Positions 1-13,165 of a stretch of DNA of 64,000 nucleotides are shown in pieces. Every line of letters begins with the position of its first letter. Position 1 is the stretch's first letter. The stretch is from positions 17,484,001 to 17,548,000 of the forward strand of contig NC_135662.1 in NCBI RefSeq assembly GCF_964188315.1, given 5' to 3'. The notes beneath the pieces are model-generated. The model was given only the letters and a program-made list of their open reading frames with translations. It was not told where the DNA came from and did not search any database. Source of the DNA: Podarcis muralis (taxonomy: Eukaryota). The position numbers and the translations under genes were made by a program.

Positions 1-1919
1 TAGGCTATTTTGCATTATTCATAAAAGGCAAAGCCGCAGATGAATAATAAATGTTGTCGCCAGTCCTTTTGTAATGCTTTATGAATTCATTCCTTAAAAA
101 AAATATTTGGTGACTTTACTTGAATATTTTTTCTTGCATGTTTGTAATAATGGTCTCCATTTTTCGGGGCGGGAGCTACTTAGTGGGTTCTGAACCATTC
201 TGAAGATGTCAAGCTTTTTAGTTGCAGTTTGTCATTTTTGGTATCGCTATAACTTACCTATTTGATATAATCTTCTTGCAATGGGATGCACTGTTCAGGT
301 GTCAATGAGTAGAATATCAAGTGAAAGAGGATGTTGAGCAGTCTCACATACAGTATTACAGAAATCTCAGCGTGCTCTAAGACAGCGTCGCTTTATTGGC
401 TTATTGAGTAGCTGCAACTTCTAGGCTTATTCATGAACTTCATACCTCAACATTCCCCAAAGAACTAATTGTTGTTCCTTGAGTTCCAATGTGATTATTA
501 TTTTTTACTTGAGTATGATGCACTAAGAAGAAAATTAATTGCTTGAATTGTTTTAATAAAAGTAGCCAGTGTTTTGTGTGGCATTTGAAAATGGGACATA
601 ACTCCAGATGAGTGTGGGGGCTATAAGTTAACGTTGATTGGCTCATCACCATTCAGGATGGTGTGATTTAACCTCAACCAACAGGTGTGTGATTGACTGC
701 CCCTGGATTTAGTTGCTATCTTGCCTCATATTTGCCAAGTTCTTCTCATCTTCTTAACTAAATCAGCTGAATAATCCGTAAACTGAGTTTTTATATCTGC
801 AGGACATTCAAAGCTTATTTTTTTACACAGGTAGCAACATTACTTCAAAGGTGGTTATGTTTTAGCCAGTGCACATAACACATAACTTGAAGGCCTTTTC
901 AAGACTTGTTTCTGCCAGGAAAGTATAGTAGATGCTTTGCTTCTAAGATGTGGTTTAAGAAAACAAAACAACTTCTGGATTTTATCAGTCCAATGGATCC
1001 ACTCCACAGCATTGTGTAGGTCAGAATTGGAAGGAAGGTGGCATTGGTGAATGAGACTGGGACATTGGTGGGAAAAAAAGGACCAAGATTCTTAATCTAA
1101 TATAATTCAACATAATTATGAATGAGACAATGGAGAAAATGAAAGCTCTTGATCCACCATGGCTACAAATGGTTTCTTCCAGTGATCCAAATGACTTTCT
1201 TCAAATGATTAAATTGATTTTTAAATGGTTTTTCTTATGTGAGTGTTTTTCCCCCTTTTGTGTTCTAATTAGTGATTAATGATTTCTGTTTGAATGTTCT
1301 GTATTTGTTGCTACTTTCCATTTGATGATTATGTACTTTGTAGTGGCTTAGTAGTATTTAGATGAAAACATATTTGAGTTTCACAAACACCCGAGTCTGG
1401 AAACATTGTTATGTGTTTTATTAAACTTGGCAGATTCTCAGGCTTTAAATCAAATTATGAATATGAATGGTAGAGGCTGATGGGAGGAATGTGGCATTGC
1501 CCCATCATACAGCCCCCCACACTCAACAATGAAGTCCAACAAAACATAAGAAAATGTCTGTCAAGAACTAATTTCAAAATATTATGAAGTTCAGTTATAA
1601 CATACATTGAAATCAATGTAGGGGGTAGGCAGAAACGAAGTGTAATCTGCTCCTCTCAACATCTTGGTTATAAGCAATGGCTTCACTAGAATGTAGATGC
1701 ATTCTTTGGGGGAAAACAATTTTGTGGACTGCGCCTCATGTTGCTTGCATTAGCTTAATGGTCTGATCCTTGGAGCACTGCACGGGCATTTAAATGTACG
1801 GTTAGCATTTCTCCCCTGCATGAGCCCTTCTAGTCTCAAGAGATAGACAGAGCATCCTCTTTGGCAGTTCTCTTGAGAAAGAGTCAACTGGTGGAGTTTT
1901 CTGTGCTTGTCTTTCCTTT

Positions 1920-2156
1920 CCTCCTCCACATGCAGCTGCTGGGTGACCTTGGGCTAGTCATACTTCTTTGAAGTCTCTCAGCCCCACTCACCTCACAGAG
2001 TGTTTGTTGTGGGGAAGGAAGGGAAAGGAGATTGTTAGCCGTTTTGAAACTCCTTCGGGTAGTGATAAAGGGGGATATCAATCCAAACTACTATTCCGCC
2101 TCCTCCTCCTCCTCCTCCTCCTCCTCCTCCTCCTCCTCCTCCTCCTCTTCTTCTTC
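1920..2156 (+). mobile_element. Squam3-type (MIR/Ther1-derived) SINE, 5'-truncated, (CTC)n(TTC)n tail
   Basis: Core ctccacatgcagctgctgggtgaccttgggctagtca...gatatcaatccaaact, near-identical to 6692 and 14942. Confidence 0.82.
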
Positions 2157-3863
2157 AGATCAGCTTTAGCTTCTGTTGTTGCTAATCTTTTGATTGTATT
2201 TTTTAGTGATTTTTTTAAAAAGTGAACCACAGTTAACAGAGAATAAGAAATGGAAAATGGATGAGATAGTTCCTCGACTATCTGCTGGTATTGGAGGAAG
2301 CTGGCTTTGGAATTACTTGGAGCTCTTCAGCAGCAGAACACAAAAGTAATTCATCCTTGGATTAACAGTCAAGGGTACTTACATTCAGAGTAGATTCACT
2401 GAAATCAGTAACTAAAATAATTTTAATGGGTCTGCTCTTTGTAGGATTTAGTTGTGTGCTGCTGTAAATATTTTACCACTGATGGGTAATGGTCTAAAAA
2501 CAACTATTGCACAAACAATGCTCTGACGATTTTGGGAGAAGTCTCCCAACATAGGCGGACTACTATAAAACAGGGTTTGGGAGCAAACATATGTCAGTTG
2601 AGGTAGCATATCTCTCTGCCTGGGTGCAAACAATATGGGAGAGTATATTGTCATTATGCCCTGCTACTTGGCTTCCCAGAGGCACTTTGCTGGCTTGGGA
2701 TGGACAAAATGGATGCTTAATCTGATTCAACAAGGCACATATTGCTTTAAAAAATCCATACTGTACTTAATCCTTACAGTATTAGCAGCCTTAGATCCAC
2801 TTCTTTCTTCACAAACCAATCTTTTCTGTGAATCCTTTGGCTTAACTCATGAGTTTCTATTTATACGAGCCCAAATATCTCTTAACTTGAGGATGGGGCA
2901 CCAGATTCTGCTGGACTCCAACTTACATTAGTCCTAACCAGCTTGGGCCATGGTTAGGGATGATGGGACTTGGAGTCCAGCAATATCCGGAGGGCCACGG
3001 GTACCTCACCCTTACTCTGACTAAATCAAATGCACATGTTTCCCTTTGGCCTCACCCCCATCATCTTGTTTGTAAAATGCCGTGCACATCGATGACACAG
3101 TATACAAAACTGATTATTTATGTAACTCTATATAACTTAACAGCCACCACCGTCTCTTGAATGTTGTAGCATTTCACATAAAATATCTATAAAGCTTAAA
3201 CATGCCGTGACCAAAGTTCATAACAACTTGGTGTGTGGTTAGTTGTCTGATACTTTTGAATTTTCTGAATGAGCTTTGGTTTTGAAGATTAAAGCCTTAT
3301 AGGATGAGTTTGGAAGTTTAATAGAACGGATGGGGTGCAATAAATATTACAGAACACTGTTAGACGAGAAACCACATGTTTCCTTGAGAAATTAGTAAGT
3401 TTGGTTGCCATGTGATGTGCCTGATAATGAAATTGGGGAGGGGGGAATGTGAGTTTGTGTGATAATGTGGATTCTAAATGCTAGATAATTAATGAGTGTG
3501 TTGGCTAGCGTTCATATTCAGCTCTAGCCAGAACACTCCAGTTTCTGAATTGTGTCCAAGTTTTCCTATATATGTGCTGCTTGTGTAGGAAACACACAGT
3601 CCACTCTTTTGTTGCTGCTGTACTCCTACACTTGTGCCTGATAGAGAGTGGCAGCAGTTGTGTGTGGGGAAGTAACAACACTTTAGAAATATGGTAGATT
3701 TAGGAATGCTGGAGGATTCCGTCAGAAATGGAAACTGGATCAGAAATCACAGCAATTTTTGTGTTCATTAGAGGTCTGGAATAGGACTCAATCAAGTGAA
3801 TACGCATGGTATTTGCTATCATTTTTAAGTTCATGAACATTATGTAAATAATTACATGATAAA

Positions 3864-4083
3864 ATCATAGAATCATAGAGTTGGAATAGACCACAAGGGC
3901 CATCGAGTCCAACCCCCTGCCAAGCAGGAAACACCATCAAAGCACTCCTGACATATGGTTGTCAAGCCTCTGCTTAAAGACCTCCAAAGAAGGAGACTCC
4001 ACCACACTCCTTGGCAGCAAATTCCACTGTCGAACAGCTCTTACTGTCAGGAAGTTCTTCCTAATGTTTAGGTGGAATCTTCT
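3864..4083 (-). mobile_element. CR1 LINE 3' end, 5'-truncated
   Basis: atcatagaatcatagagttggaa is the reverse complement of the CR1 (ATTCTATG)n tail, followed by a typical CR1 3' region. Confidence 0.85.
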
Positions 4084-6691
4084 TACTTTCTTCCTTATTC
4101 TCTGCGTTGTTTTTGTTGTTCCATGGAAATTGAATGTGTAATTGATTACAGAATTATATTTATTAGATAATTAATTACATTCATTTTGGCCATAGCAAAG
4201 CGTGAGAAGAACAACATAGGTTTTAGTGGAAGCTGAGAGAGATTATCCCGCTGCTTCTCAGATGGTTATGGGACATTGTGCAAGACCTGATCTTGGTGAT
4301 GTAAGCATTCATTTTAAGTTCATATGGGGAGAAGCAGTTCTTTTAGTTATCTGTGTCCCAGTATATGTTAGCCCAGTACTTATGCTATCTTCTAGTTGTG
4401 TTTCCTGTCCTTGCTTAGGGATCAAGGAATCAACAATATTGTAGTTTGTCAAAAGGCATAATGATACCTGAGTCCACTGCCTTTTAGATTCTTTAAGATT
4501 ATATTGTTTCATATGAATGCCACTAAGCTGGAACCACGTAGAATAATGATTGTGTGACTCTACCCTCTGGCTCATGCATTAGTGCAGGCTTGCATGAGTG
4601 CAGGTTGACGTTGTTGAACTACAACTCCCAGTATCCTTAGCCAGTTTCATCTTCAGATTTGCAATCTTGAATAAGTGGCAAAAGTAAGGTGCACATCTAG
4701 GATGATCAAGAATTATCCTTAGTGAATACTTTTATAAATTAGAAAATTGGAACAGAGTTGCTGCTTCTAATTCTGGCAAGTGATAGGTCCTTCTTTCGCA
4801 ATATGTGAACTAGGCAGTTGAGTGAAGCTTTCGTTGGCTAGTAATTCTGAAGTCATGCCTTGTAAGGCTGGATTGTTTCGTCACAGGACCATAGTTTAGC
4901 AACTTAGAATTATTTTAGGAGACATCATAGATCACAAATTACGTATTACTTTGTAATTGGATAAAAATGAAATTTTGCTCATATCTTGGGCAGGCCAACA
5001 TATTAGGTATTAAACCCCGAGGGGGTAGAGTGGGTTACAGATACCGCTTTTGAACACACACCCTATGTAAAAGAATCTCTGTAAATCTGGAGTAGTCAGT
5101 GTGGTGCCGTCTAGATCACAACTCTGATACGGCTATGTTGAGTAGTAATGACAGAAATTGTTGTCGAAGAACGTCTAGAGGGTACATCTGCTATAAGTAA
5201 AAACAACAATTCTAGCACATCACTTAGATATGTCTTGAAATATAAATGCTTTTATATAAGATTAGGCTCCAGCCAACCTCCCACCTCTGTGGTTGTGGTT
5301 GGTTTTTTGTAGTGTTTTATTTCTAGGTAGGGAAACTTAGAAATGTGATTCCCTACCTGTAATTTTCCCTACTTGGGCAGACCAATCCTGTTGCTTGCTT
5401 TAATGAAGTTCGAAGCAAGAACAAACAAGCAAAGATGAAAAAAAAAAACCTATTGTTTTGTTCTAAATATGGCATTTCATGTGCGTTCTTGGACAAAGGC
5501 AACAATACAGTCTTCTGTTTAGTGATCGTTTATTACAAATATATATTTATTAAAACATTTCAATCTCGTTGAACTCAAGTGAGTTAAAACAACAGACGTT
5601 GCCAGACCTGTAATGCTAGCATCTTTTCTGATTATTTTTTAAAGGCATTGAAACTATTGACCGCTGCTATTGTTGCGATAGTACATGCCATGGAATAGTC
5701 TGTGTGAATAAACATTTCCCTTTGTCTGTCCTGAAGCTATTTCATTGAGGGACTCTACCACTCTGTTCATTGTATCTATTTTCAATTCTGTATCTCCTTT
5801 CTCGAGTAGAAAACTAGTCCAATATCCCGTAGGTTTTCACACCCAAAAAATGTCATGGGGGGATGTGCAGGGCTCTCCATTCAGGAGTAGGGAGTGCAGC
5901 ATACAATCATATGAATTTGAAAGGTTCAGGGAAACTCTGGTGCTACCCTGGATGATTTTTACCTTTCTAAACTCTTTCTAATCTTTATAAACTCCAGTGC
6001 TACTACATGCATCTTCTTATTTAGTATTCTTAAAAATGTATTATTTGTATTTATTTCCTGAAATTTATACACTACTTTATTGAAAAACAACAGGTCAAAG
6101 CAGTTTATTAAACAAAATGGAACAATAAAATTATCAATAAGAATTAATAACAATAATTTAAGACTTTCAGAAAGTTAAATGAACAATAGATTGAAAGCTG
6201 CCTCCGTTCCCAGTTTTAAACATTGCATGTTCGGGTGAATTCCTAAACATAGCTCCTGAATTTGGGCAGTTTCATCCCATGAGATACCACCAGGCCACTG
6301 TGCTCTGTCTGAATGGATCACTGCTCCTGCTCTCAATCTATGTACTCACTGTTCGCGGAAAGCTGACTTCAGCATGCAAAGCTGGTTTTATACCTCTTCA
6401 GAACTATCAAACAGAGGTACAGTCTCCAAAAACTGTGGCTGTGTTTTCTTGAGTTAACAAGTAGAATTAAAGTGTTAATACAGTACAAGACTTTTGGCCT
6501 TTTGCCCAATATGGCATTGATGTGCCTTGCATATAAGCACAACTCAGAAAACAGAGCACGGAAGTAAAAGAGACAATGATTCTGGTCTTGCATCTTGTTG
6601 TATCCTTATAACTGCAGTGCCCAGGACAAGATGCAAAACAGCTGTTGCTGTTCATATGCACGTGGTTTAAAATGGTTCAGATAGCTTCAGA

Positions 6692-6960
6692 GAGCCAGTG
6701 TAGTGTAGTGGTTAAGAGCGTAATCTGGTGAACCGGGTTCGCTTCCCCGCTCCTCCACATGCAGCTGCTGGGTGACCTTGGGCTAGTCACACTTCTCTGA
6801 ATTCTCTCAGCCCCACTCACCTCACAGAGTGTTTGTTGTGGGGGAGGAAGGGAAAGGAGAATGTTAGCCGCTTTGAGACTCCTTCAGGTAGTGATAAAGT
6901 GGGATATCAAATCCAAACTACTCCTCCTCCTCCTCTTCTTCTTCTTCTTCTTCTTCTTCT
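6692..6960 (+). mobile_element. Squam3-type SINE
   Basis: tRNA-like head gtagtgtagtggttaagagc...ccgggttcgct, shared core and (CTC)(TTC)n tail. Confidence 0.85.
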
Positions 6961-7851
6961 GAGGAGACAATTATAGACCTCCAAAGCTGAACCAAAATTT
7001 CTGTTTTGTATAGAGAAAAGGTGGCTGTTCTTGGTTCTGGACTCAACACATCAAGAAGCCAGTCCTGGCTTCCTGTGAATCCATGTAGTGGAAGAGATGT
7101 GAGTGGTGGGTTTGGACAGATTAAATTCCATGCACAGCCATGAAGCACACTAGGTGGCTTTGAGCACACCACAATCTCTCGGCCTGACACCTCTTAGGAT
7201 AGTTATTCAGTTAAATCGTTCAGTTCTGCTTCCAAATTAGAGAGGACCTTACTGACTGTTTAGAGGTTGCCATAGAGCTGGTTGGCTAACGACAAAAGGT
7301 TGGCTTTTATGCTAGTTACGGCAACAGTATGGTAGTAATTTTCCTTGAGGTTTACTCCCGAAGCCTTTCTCTCTGGAAAATAGGGACACTTTGAGGGTCT
7401 GGTCTTGTGGTCTGGGCAACTGAGGATCTCCATACACACTGCCCAGGCTTGCATCCCGGAGAGGCAGCAGTTACTGGACTCTGCAACCACAGCAGGTGCT
7501 GTGATTCTCCAGTGCTTTGACTTCACCCCTAGGGGCACACTCCATTGTCTCTCAAGACAGATGGATGCCAACAATGGTAGCAAAACTTGAAGACACTGCT
7601 TTTCATTTTAAAATGTAATTGTAAATTGGAGTACTGTATTATGCAAATCATAAATTTGGTATTAAACATAGTTACTGTGAAGTATCTCTCATCCTTTTTT
7701 GGAAGTATTTCTGTTTTTCTGTTTCTACCTCTAAAATATCTCCCTTTGCTTTCAGTGGGAATTATATTTCTCCAAGCAATTATTTAGACCTGTATTTGAA
7801 ACCTACTCTCTTAAAAGCCTAATTCAGCCATTATTGCGGAAGCTAGGCATC

Positions 7852-8607
7852 TGTCAGGGTTGCTTCAAGATCCTAGCTCACAGAGGATCACGCTAGCCAA
7901 CGGTCATTAAGTAAAAGTCTTTATTGAGTTACAGTTTCCATTCTCAAACTGCTGCGTGCAACCCTACGTCTAGTAGCTAGATCGGCGAAGCTCCGTCTGA
8001 ATCTCCGCCCCTCGTACACCAACTTAATATCCTAGCCCTGCTCCACGTTTTCCGCCTGACTGTTCTTCTCTGGGTCCCTCTGCCCCCCTGGGTCTCTTCC
8101 TTCCGGGATTCTTCGGACGCTGACCCCCCGGACTCTCCTGTCTCCTTGCGCCGGGCTTTAGGACCCGGCTCTCTTTCCGGGCTGCCTACTGCGCCTCCTT
8201 CCTGTGCATTTGAACTTGGCGCGCGCGCCCAACCTTCCACCTTCCGTCTAACCGTTTCTTCGCTCCCAGATGGAGGTGTGGCCACCCCTGACTCGTGCCC
8301 TCCCTCCTGCTGTGAGCTGCCAGCGCTTGCCCCCTGGCTCCTTTCCTCTTCCCTGTTCTCTGGCGGTGACGCTGGACCCGATCTCCAACTGCTCTCCTCT
8401 GATTCCCCTCTGGCTCTATCTCCCTGGGGTGCCCCCCTAAACTCCCCCCTTGCCTTGGCCACTGGTGCTCCTTTCTGTGAATCCTCCGACTCACTGGAGA
8501 GACTCGGAGATCTCGGGTCGTCGTCATCGCTCATCCTTTCTTCTGCCTCCTCCCCTTCGCTCTCTGTTTCCTTCCTTGCCCTTGCCTCTGCTCCTGAACC
8601 CCTGACA
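7852..8607 (-). mobile_element. Solo LTR (756 bp) of an LTR retrotransposon/ERV; superfamily not determined
   Basis: TG...CA termini with 8-bp inverted ends TGTCAGGG / CCCTGACA. Perfect 5-bp TSD gcatc (7847-7851 and 8608-8612). Minus-strand AATAAA at 7920-7925 and a TATA-like ATATTAA at 8024-8030. Confidence 0.88.
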
Positions 8608-9349
8608 GCATCTATTAATTTGTCTAGCTCTCGCAAGCATATGCTTGCTTAATTTGATGTGAATTAATAAGAGATTTATTTTATGAGATCTGTTTGAAGG
8701 AGACAACACTATATCTCTGAAGGATTTAAGGTGTCTTATTATTTAAAGGATTGGGAATAGTTAATGCTTGGGGAGTTAATTTAAACGCAAATGGACAAGG
8801 CACGACAGAATGTGCTTTTCTTTTCTACAAAGGTTGAAGCACTCTGGTTAAAAAATTTGCATGTCTTTTTAGTTTATAATGGTCTAAGAAGTCTTCAGAA
8901 AAAGTTCCTGCAAAATGTCTAGAGTGGTGTTTTAAGGTTTGTTTACTTTGGTGTATATGCATGGTAGGCTGTGGTTTCTGTTGTATGTAAGTTCTTGAAT
9001 GTATGATAACGTTGCACAAACTTTTACTCTTCTGTTATCATTTATCAGCTGCTGATACCATTTCTGCTGCTACATGCATAAACAGAAACCGCAGGACTGC
9101 AAATATACTATGCATTTACTCCAGTCTAAACATGAACTTAAGACTTTCCCCAGACACTGCTTTCCAGGACTCTGCACACCTATTCCAGCACAAAGTGTAA
9201 TTACTTTCCTAAGAGACATCAGCAAATTGATAAAATAATTAATTACCAGTATTGTAATGCTTTAGTACAAATCTGTGGTGTGGTTCCTCTTGTAATACTG
9301 TGAGCTCTTAATCACATTGCAGAAAGGATTATACAACGTTCATTATGCT

Positions 9350-10318
9350 CAAAAACATGGCTGACAATGGCAACCAAAACAGTCAGTGGGCTGGAGCAGC
9401 TCCCCTATGAGAAAAGACTGTAACATGGGAAGCTGTTTAGTTTAGGGAGGACAGCTAGCAATATCATAGGTAAAGGTAAAGGGACCTCTGACCATTAGGT
9501 CCAGTCGTGGCCGACTCTGGGGTTGCTGAGCTCATCTCGCTTTATTGGCCGAGGGAGCCGGCGTACAGCTTCCGGGTCATGGGGCCAGCATGACTAAGCC
9601 GCTTCTGGCGAAGCAGAGCAGCACACGGAAACGCCATTTACCTTCCCGCCGGAGCGGTACCTATTTATCTACTTGCACTTTGACGTGCTTTCGAACTGCT
9701 AGGTTGGCAGGAGCAGGGACCGAGCAATGGGAGCTCACCCCGTCGTGGGTGATTCGAACGGCCGACCTTCTGATCAGCAAGTCCTAGGCTCTGTGGTTTA
9801 ACCCACAGCGCCACCCGCATCCCTCAGCAATATCATAGAAGCATAGAATTGTAGATTTGGAAGGGATCCCAAGGGCCATCCAGTCTAATTCCTGCAGTGT
9901 AGGACATATGAGATATGTTGAATTATGTAAAATTATGCATGTTGTGGAGAAAGTGACTAGGGGAAAGTTTGCTTCCTCTCTCAGAATGCTCAAACTCTGT
10001 CTATTGAAGCTGTTTAGCCGGGGAATCTTAATGAGTTCAATGTCACAAGATTTGATGATAGCCATTAGCTTAGATAGCTTCAAGATGGGATTGGACAAAT
10101 TTGTGGAAGATGCAAAGCTGTCAGTGACTACAAGTCATGATGTTTATATGCTGCTTCCGCATTTCATATGTCTCTCAACTACCAGTTCCTGGGAGACAAT
10201 AATGAGAGAGGACTATTTCTTTAGTGCCCTTCTTATGTGCTTCCTGGTGGCATCTGTTTAGCCACTGTGAAAAACAGGATGCTGGACTAGACATGATTTT
10301 GGTCTTATGCTCTTATGA
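9350..10318 (+). mobile_element. Decayed CR1 3' portion interrupted by an inverted CR1 tail and a Sauria SINE
   Basis: gggctggagcagctcccctatgag... resumes as aaaattatgcatgttgtggagaaagtg...agatgggattggacaaatttgtgga...caggatgctggactaga...tcttatgctcttatg. Confidence 0.7.
9470..9825 (-). mobile_element. Sauria SINE (Squam1), full length
   Basis: tRNA-like head with A/B boxes on the minus strand and an (ACCTTT)n tail. 13-bp TSD agcaatatcatag (9457-9469 and 9826-9838). Confidence 0.93.
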
Positions 10319-10406
10319 GTGACACCTTCACCCAAGTGTTTAAGCCTTCGTTTTAAAAGGAGCTATATTCTGAAGTTGCCAGCTGCTGGTGCTGCTTCCC
10401 ACTATA

Positions 10407-10761
10407 AAGGTAAAGGTACCCCTGCCCGTACGGGCCAGTCATGTCCGACTCTAGGGTTGTGCGCCCATCTCACTTAAGAGGCCAGGGGCCAGCGCTGTCC
10501 GGAGACACTTCCGGGTCACGTGGCCAGTGTGACAAGCTGCATCTGGCGAGCCAGAGCCACACATGGAACGCCATTTACCTTCCCGCTAGTAAGCGGTCCC
10601 TATTTATCTACTTGCACCTGGGGGTGCTTTTGAACTGCTAGGTTGGCAGGCGCTGGGACCGAACAACGGGAGCGCACCCCGCCGCGGGGATTCGAACCGC
10701 CGACCTTTCGATCGGCAAGTCCTAGGCACTGAGACTTTTACCCACAGCGCCACCCGCGTCC
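10407..10761 (-). mobile_element. Sauria SINE, divergent subfamily
   Basis: Same head and tail as the other copies but a different 3' body. 15-bp TSD ctgcttcccactata (10392-10406 and 10762-10776). Confidence 0.9.
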
Positions 10762-12810
10762 CTGCTTCCCACTATACCACTATAATAAAACATAAGCAAA
10801 AGTGGTGATGTTGCCTGTGTGTTCTGCTATGTTGGCGTATCTAGTCCTTTCATACCTTCTTCTGGATGCTGGGTTATAGCCAATGCTTGTCCTACTTGGA
10901 GTAGACCAATTGAAATGAATAGATGATGAATTTGTCTTCTCTGTTGTCTTCTCAAAGGCACCTTGAAGCATTTTTCTCTTCTTAGTTAAAATTTATGTCT
11001 AGCGCAAACCCTGGGTAACTCCTTTGCATACCACATACGCCGTTAAGACTGTGGTAGCAAAGGAAGTTGAGAGAACACAACTTGGGCACAGCAGCACGGA
11101 CAACAAAATGTATGCAGCCCTCACCCCCTTCCCTGTGATTTGACTTTAGGCTCCTAAACCGGGGAGCAAGCAGCATGGATGCGGGCAGGGCTGCAAGCCT
11201 GATTGCTCTGCAGTCCTCTGTGGCATGGGGTGGTCAACCATGCTGTGCATGACTCGCCTGAAAAAAGCCCTTAGGAGATATTTAGCCATGGTTCTGCCCA
11301 CAAAACGGATAAAGCCACAAACCACCTTGCATTATCTCAGTCCATTAAACAGGTGCATTGAGAATGTTGAACATCGGAGCATGTTGTGGCCAGATTACAT
11401 TTTAGCGTAGGATTCCTAGGCTAGTCAGTGAATCTCAAAGGGCTTTGTGGCTACAGAAGAATTAACCATCTAAAGCATGCGAAGAAGAAGAAGAAAAGAA
11501 AGCAGTTATGATGTTGAATAGTTGACTGTTTGTGTTGTGGCTCCATTACTTCATCAGACTCCCCAAAGCAGGGTCAGCGCAAACCTACTCTGGACCCACT
11601 GTGAACATTTCACATCCTTGCTAATAGTAATTGATACATCTCTCTGCTGTGAAATTCATCCAATGCTTTTAAAAAGCTCTCTGAGGTAGTGGCCATCACT
11701 GCATCTTATGCTAAGAAATTCAGTGAGTTAAGTGTTGAAGGAAGCAAGCTTTTTTCCCCTTTGGGTTGAAAATGAATGTTTCATAGGGATATCTGAGTTT
11801 TGGTGGAGGTGGGAGAGGTTTTTCGATTATTATTTTTTTAAGTAATGTTTCGGGACCTAGGAAGCTGCAATATACTGAGTCCATCTAGTTCAGTATTGTC
11901 TACCATGATTGGCAGAATTCTCAAGGATTTCAGACAGGAGCTTTTCCCAGTCCTAGATACCAGGATCTGCCAAAAGAGTCCTTCAGTATAGTTATGTAGA
12001 GATGGATGAATTATTTATTTCTTTAATTGCATCCTTTTCCATTTCTCTATTTACCAGGGGTTGTTTTTTTAAAAACCACCCTTTACATAGTATAGAAATA
12101 CATATTTCAATGTGTATTTTCACCCAAAACACATAATTAAATGGGTATTTTATTTCAAGATAATATTTCAACGCATGTTTTGATAAGTTTAAGATTTTTG
12201 CAAGATTTTGAGCAGTAAAAAATATGGTGGATAATTAAATTCTGATCTGTGGATTAGTCTGAGAAGTGGGGAATCCGTCTTATTTTGTATAGGAACTCAC
12301 CGTTTTCTTCAAGCATCCCTAATCATAGAGACTGAACTGTTAATGTTGCATCCAATATTCAAATATTTCTCTTTTCCCTCTAGCTTTGTGTTTTGAAAGA
12401 GAAGTTAAAAAGTAATTTTTAATTTTTTTAAAAAATATTAAACATATTTACATTGTAAATCTGCAGAAAGGACATATAATTTTAGGAGCAGTCATCATAA
12501 TAGCTACCATATACTAAACCCCACCTCCGTCAGTGGAAAAAGATGCTCTCAGCAAAGCAGATTTCTTAGGGTGGAATTCAGCGTCCCAATATTGCGAGCA
12601 TTTTAGCTCGCCAGTTGGAATGATGCCCCTCCCCTGCCCCTTTGGGCTGTTCTGGGTGTTCTCCTAATACTCTGAGCATGTTTCAGGAAGCATGGGGGAA
12701 AGAAGTTGCAGCCCTTACATTTTATAGGTAAGTCCAGTCCTTAATTTACAGTCACTGGTAGTTCGGAAATTATGTCATCATTATTAAAAGTTCAGAGTGC
12801 TTGCCACCTA

Positions 12811-13165
12811 CAGTGGTACCTCGCAAGACGAATGCCTCACAAGACAAAAAACTCGCTAGACGAAAGGGTTTTTTGTCTTTTGAGCTGCTTCGCAAGACGA
12901 TTTTCCCTATGGGCTTGCTTCGCAAGACAGAAACGTCTTGCAAGTTTGTTTCCTTTTTCTTAACACCATTAATACAGTTGCGACTTGACTTTGAGAAGCA
13001 ACTCATAGAACGCGGTGTGGTAGCCTTTTTTGAGGTTTTTAAAGACTTTGGTGATTTTTGAAGCTTTTCCAAAACTTTCCCGACACCGTGCTTCGCAAGA
13101 CGGAAAAAATTGCAAGACCACAAAACTCACGGAACGAATTAATTTCGTCTTGCGAGGCACCACTG
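12811..13165. mobile_element. Tigger/pogo-type MITE (355 bp)
   Basis: TA-flanked TIR cagtggtacctcgcaagacgaa ... ttcgtcttgcgaggcaccactg, with repeated internal gcaagac motifs. Confidence 0.88.

Noticed and set aside
1968-2225. Poly-Leu ORF here and poly-Glu ORF at 6918-7190
   Set aside because: Both are translations of (CTC)n/(TTC)n SINE tails.
5940-6660. Possible old L1/L2 remnants
   Set aside because: Too decayed to assign family or boundaries without an alignment.
8146-8652. 168-aa plus-strand Leu/Ser/Pro-rich ORF
   Set aside because: It is the antisense of the purine-rich LTR strand and is explained by composition.
9545-9787. Recurrent 75-160 aa ORFs (MAEGAGVQLPGHVASMTKPLL...), also at 24581, 27371, 48315 and 54282
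   Set aside because: These are antisense translations of Sauria SINE copies, not genes.
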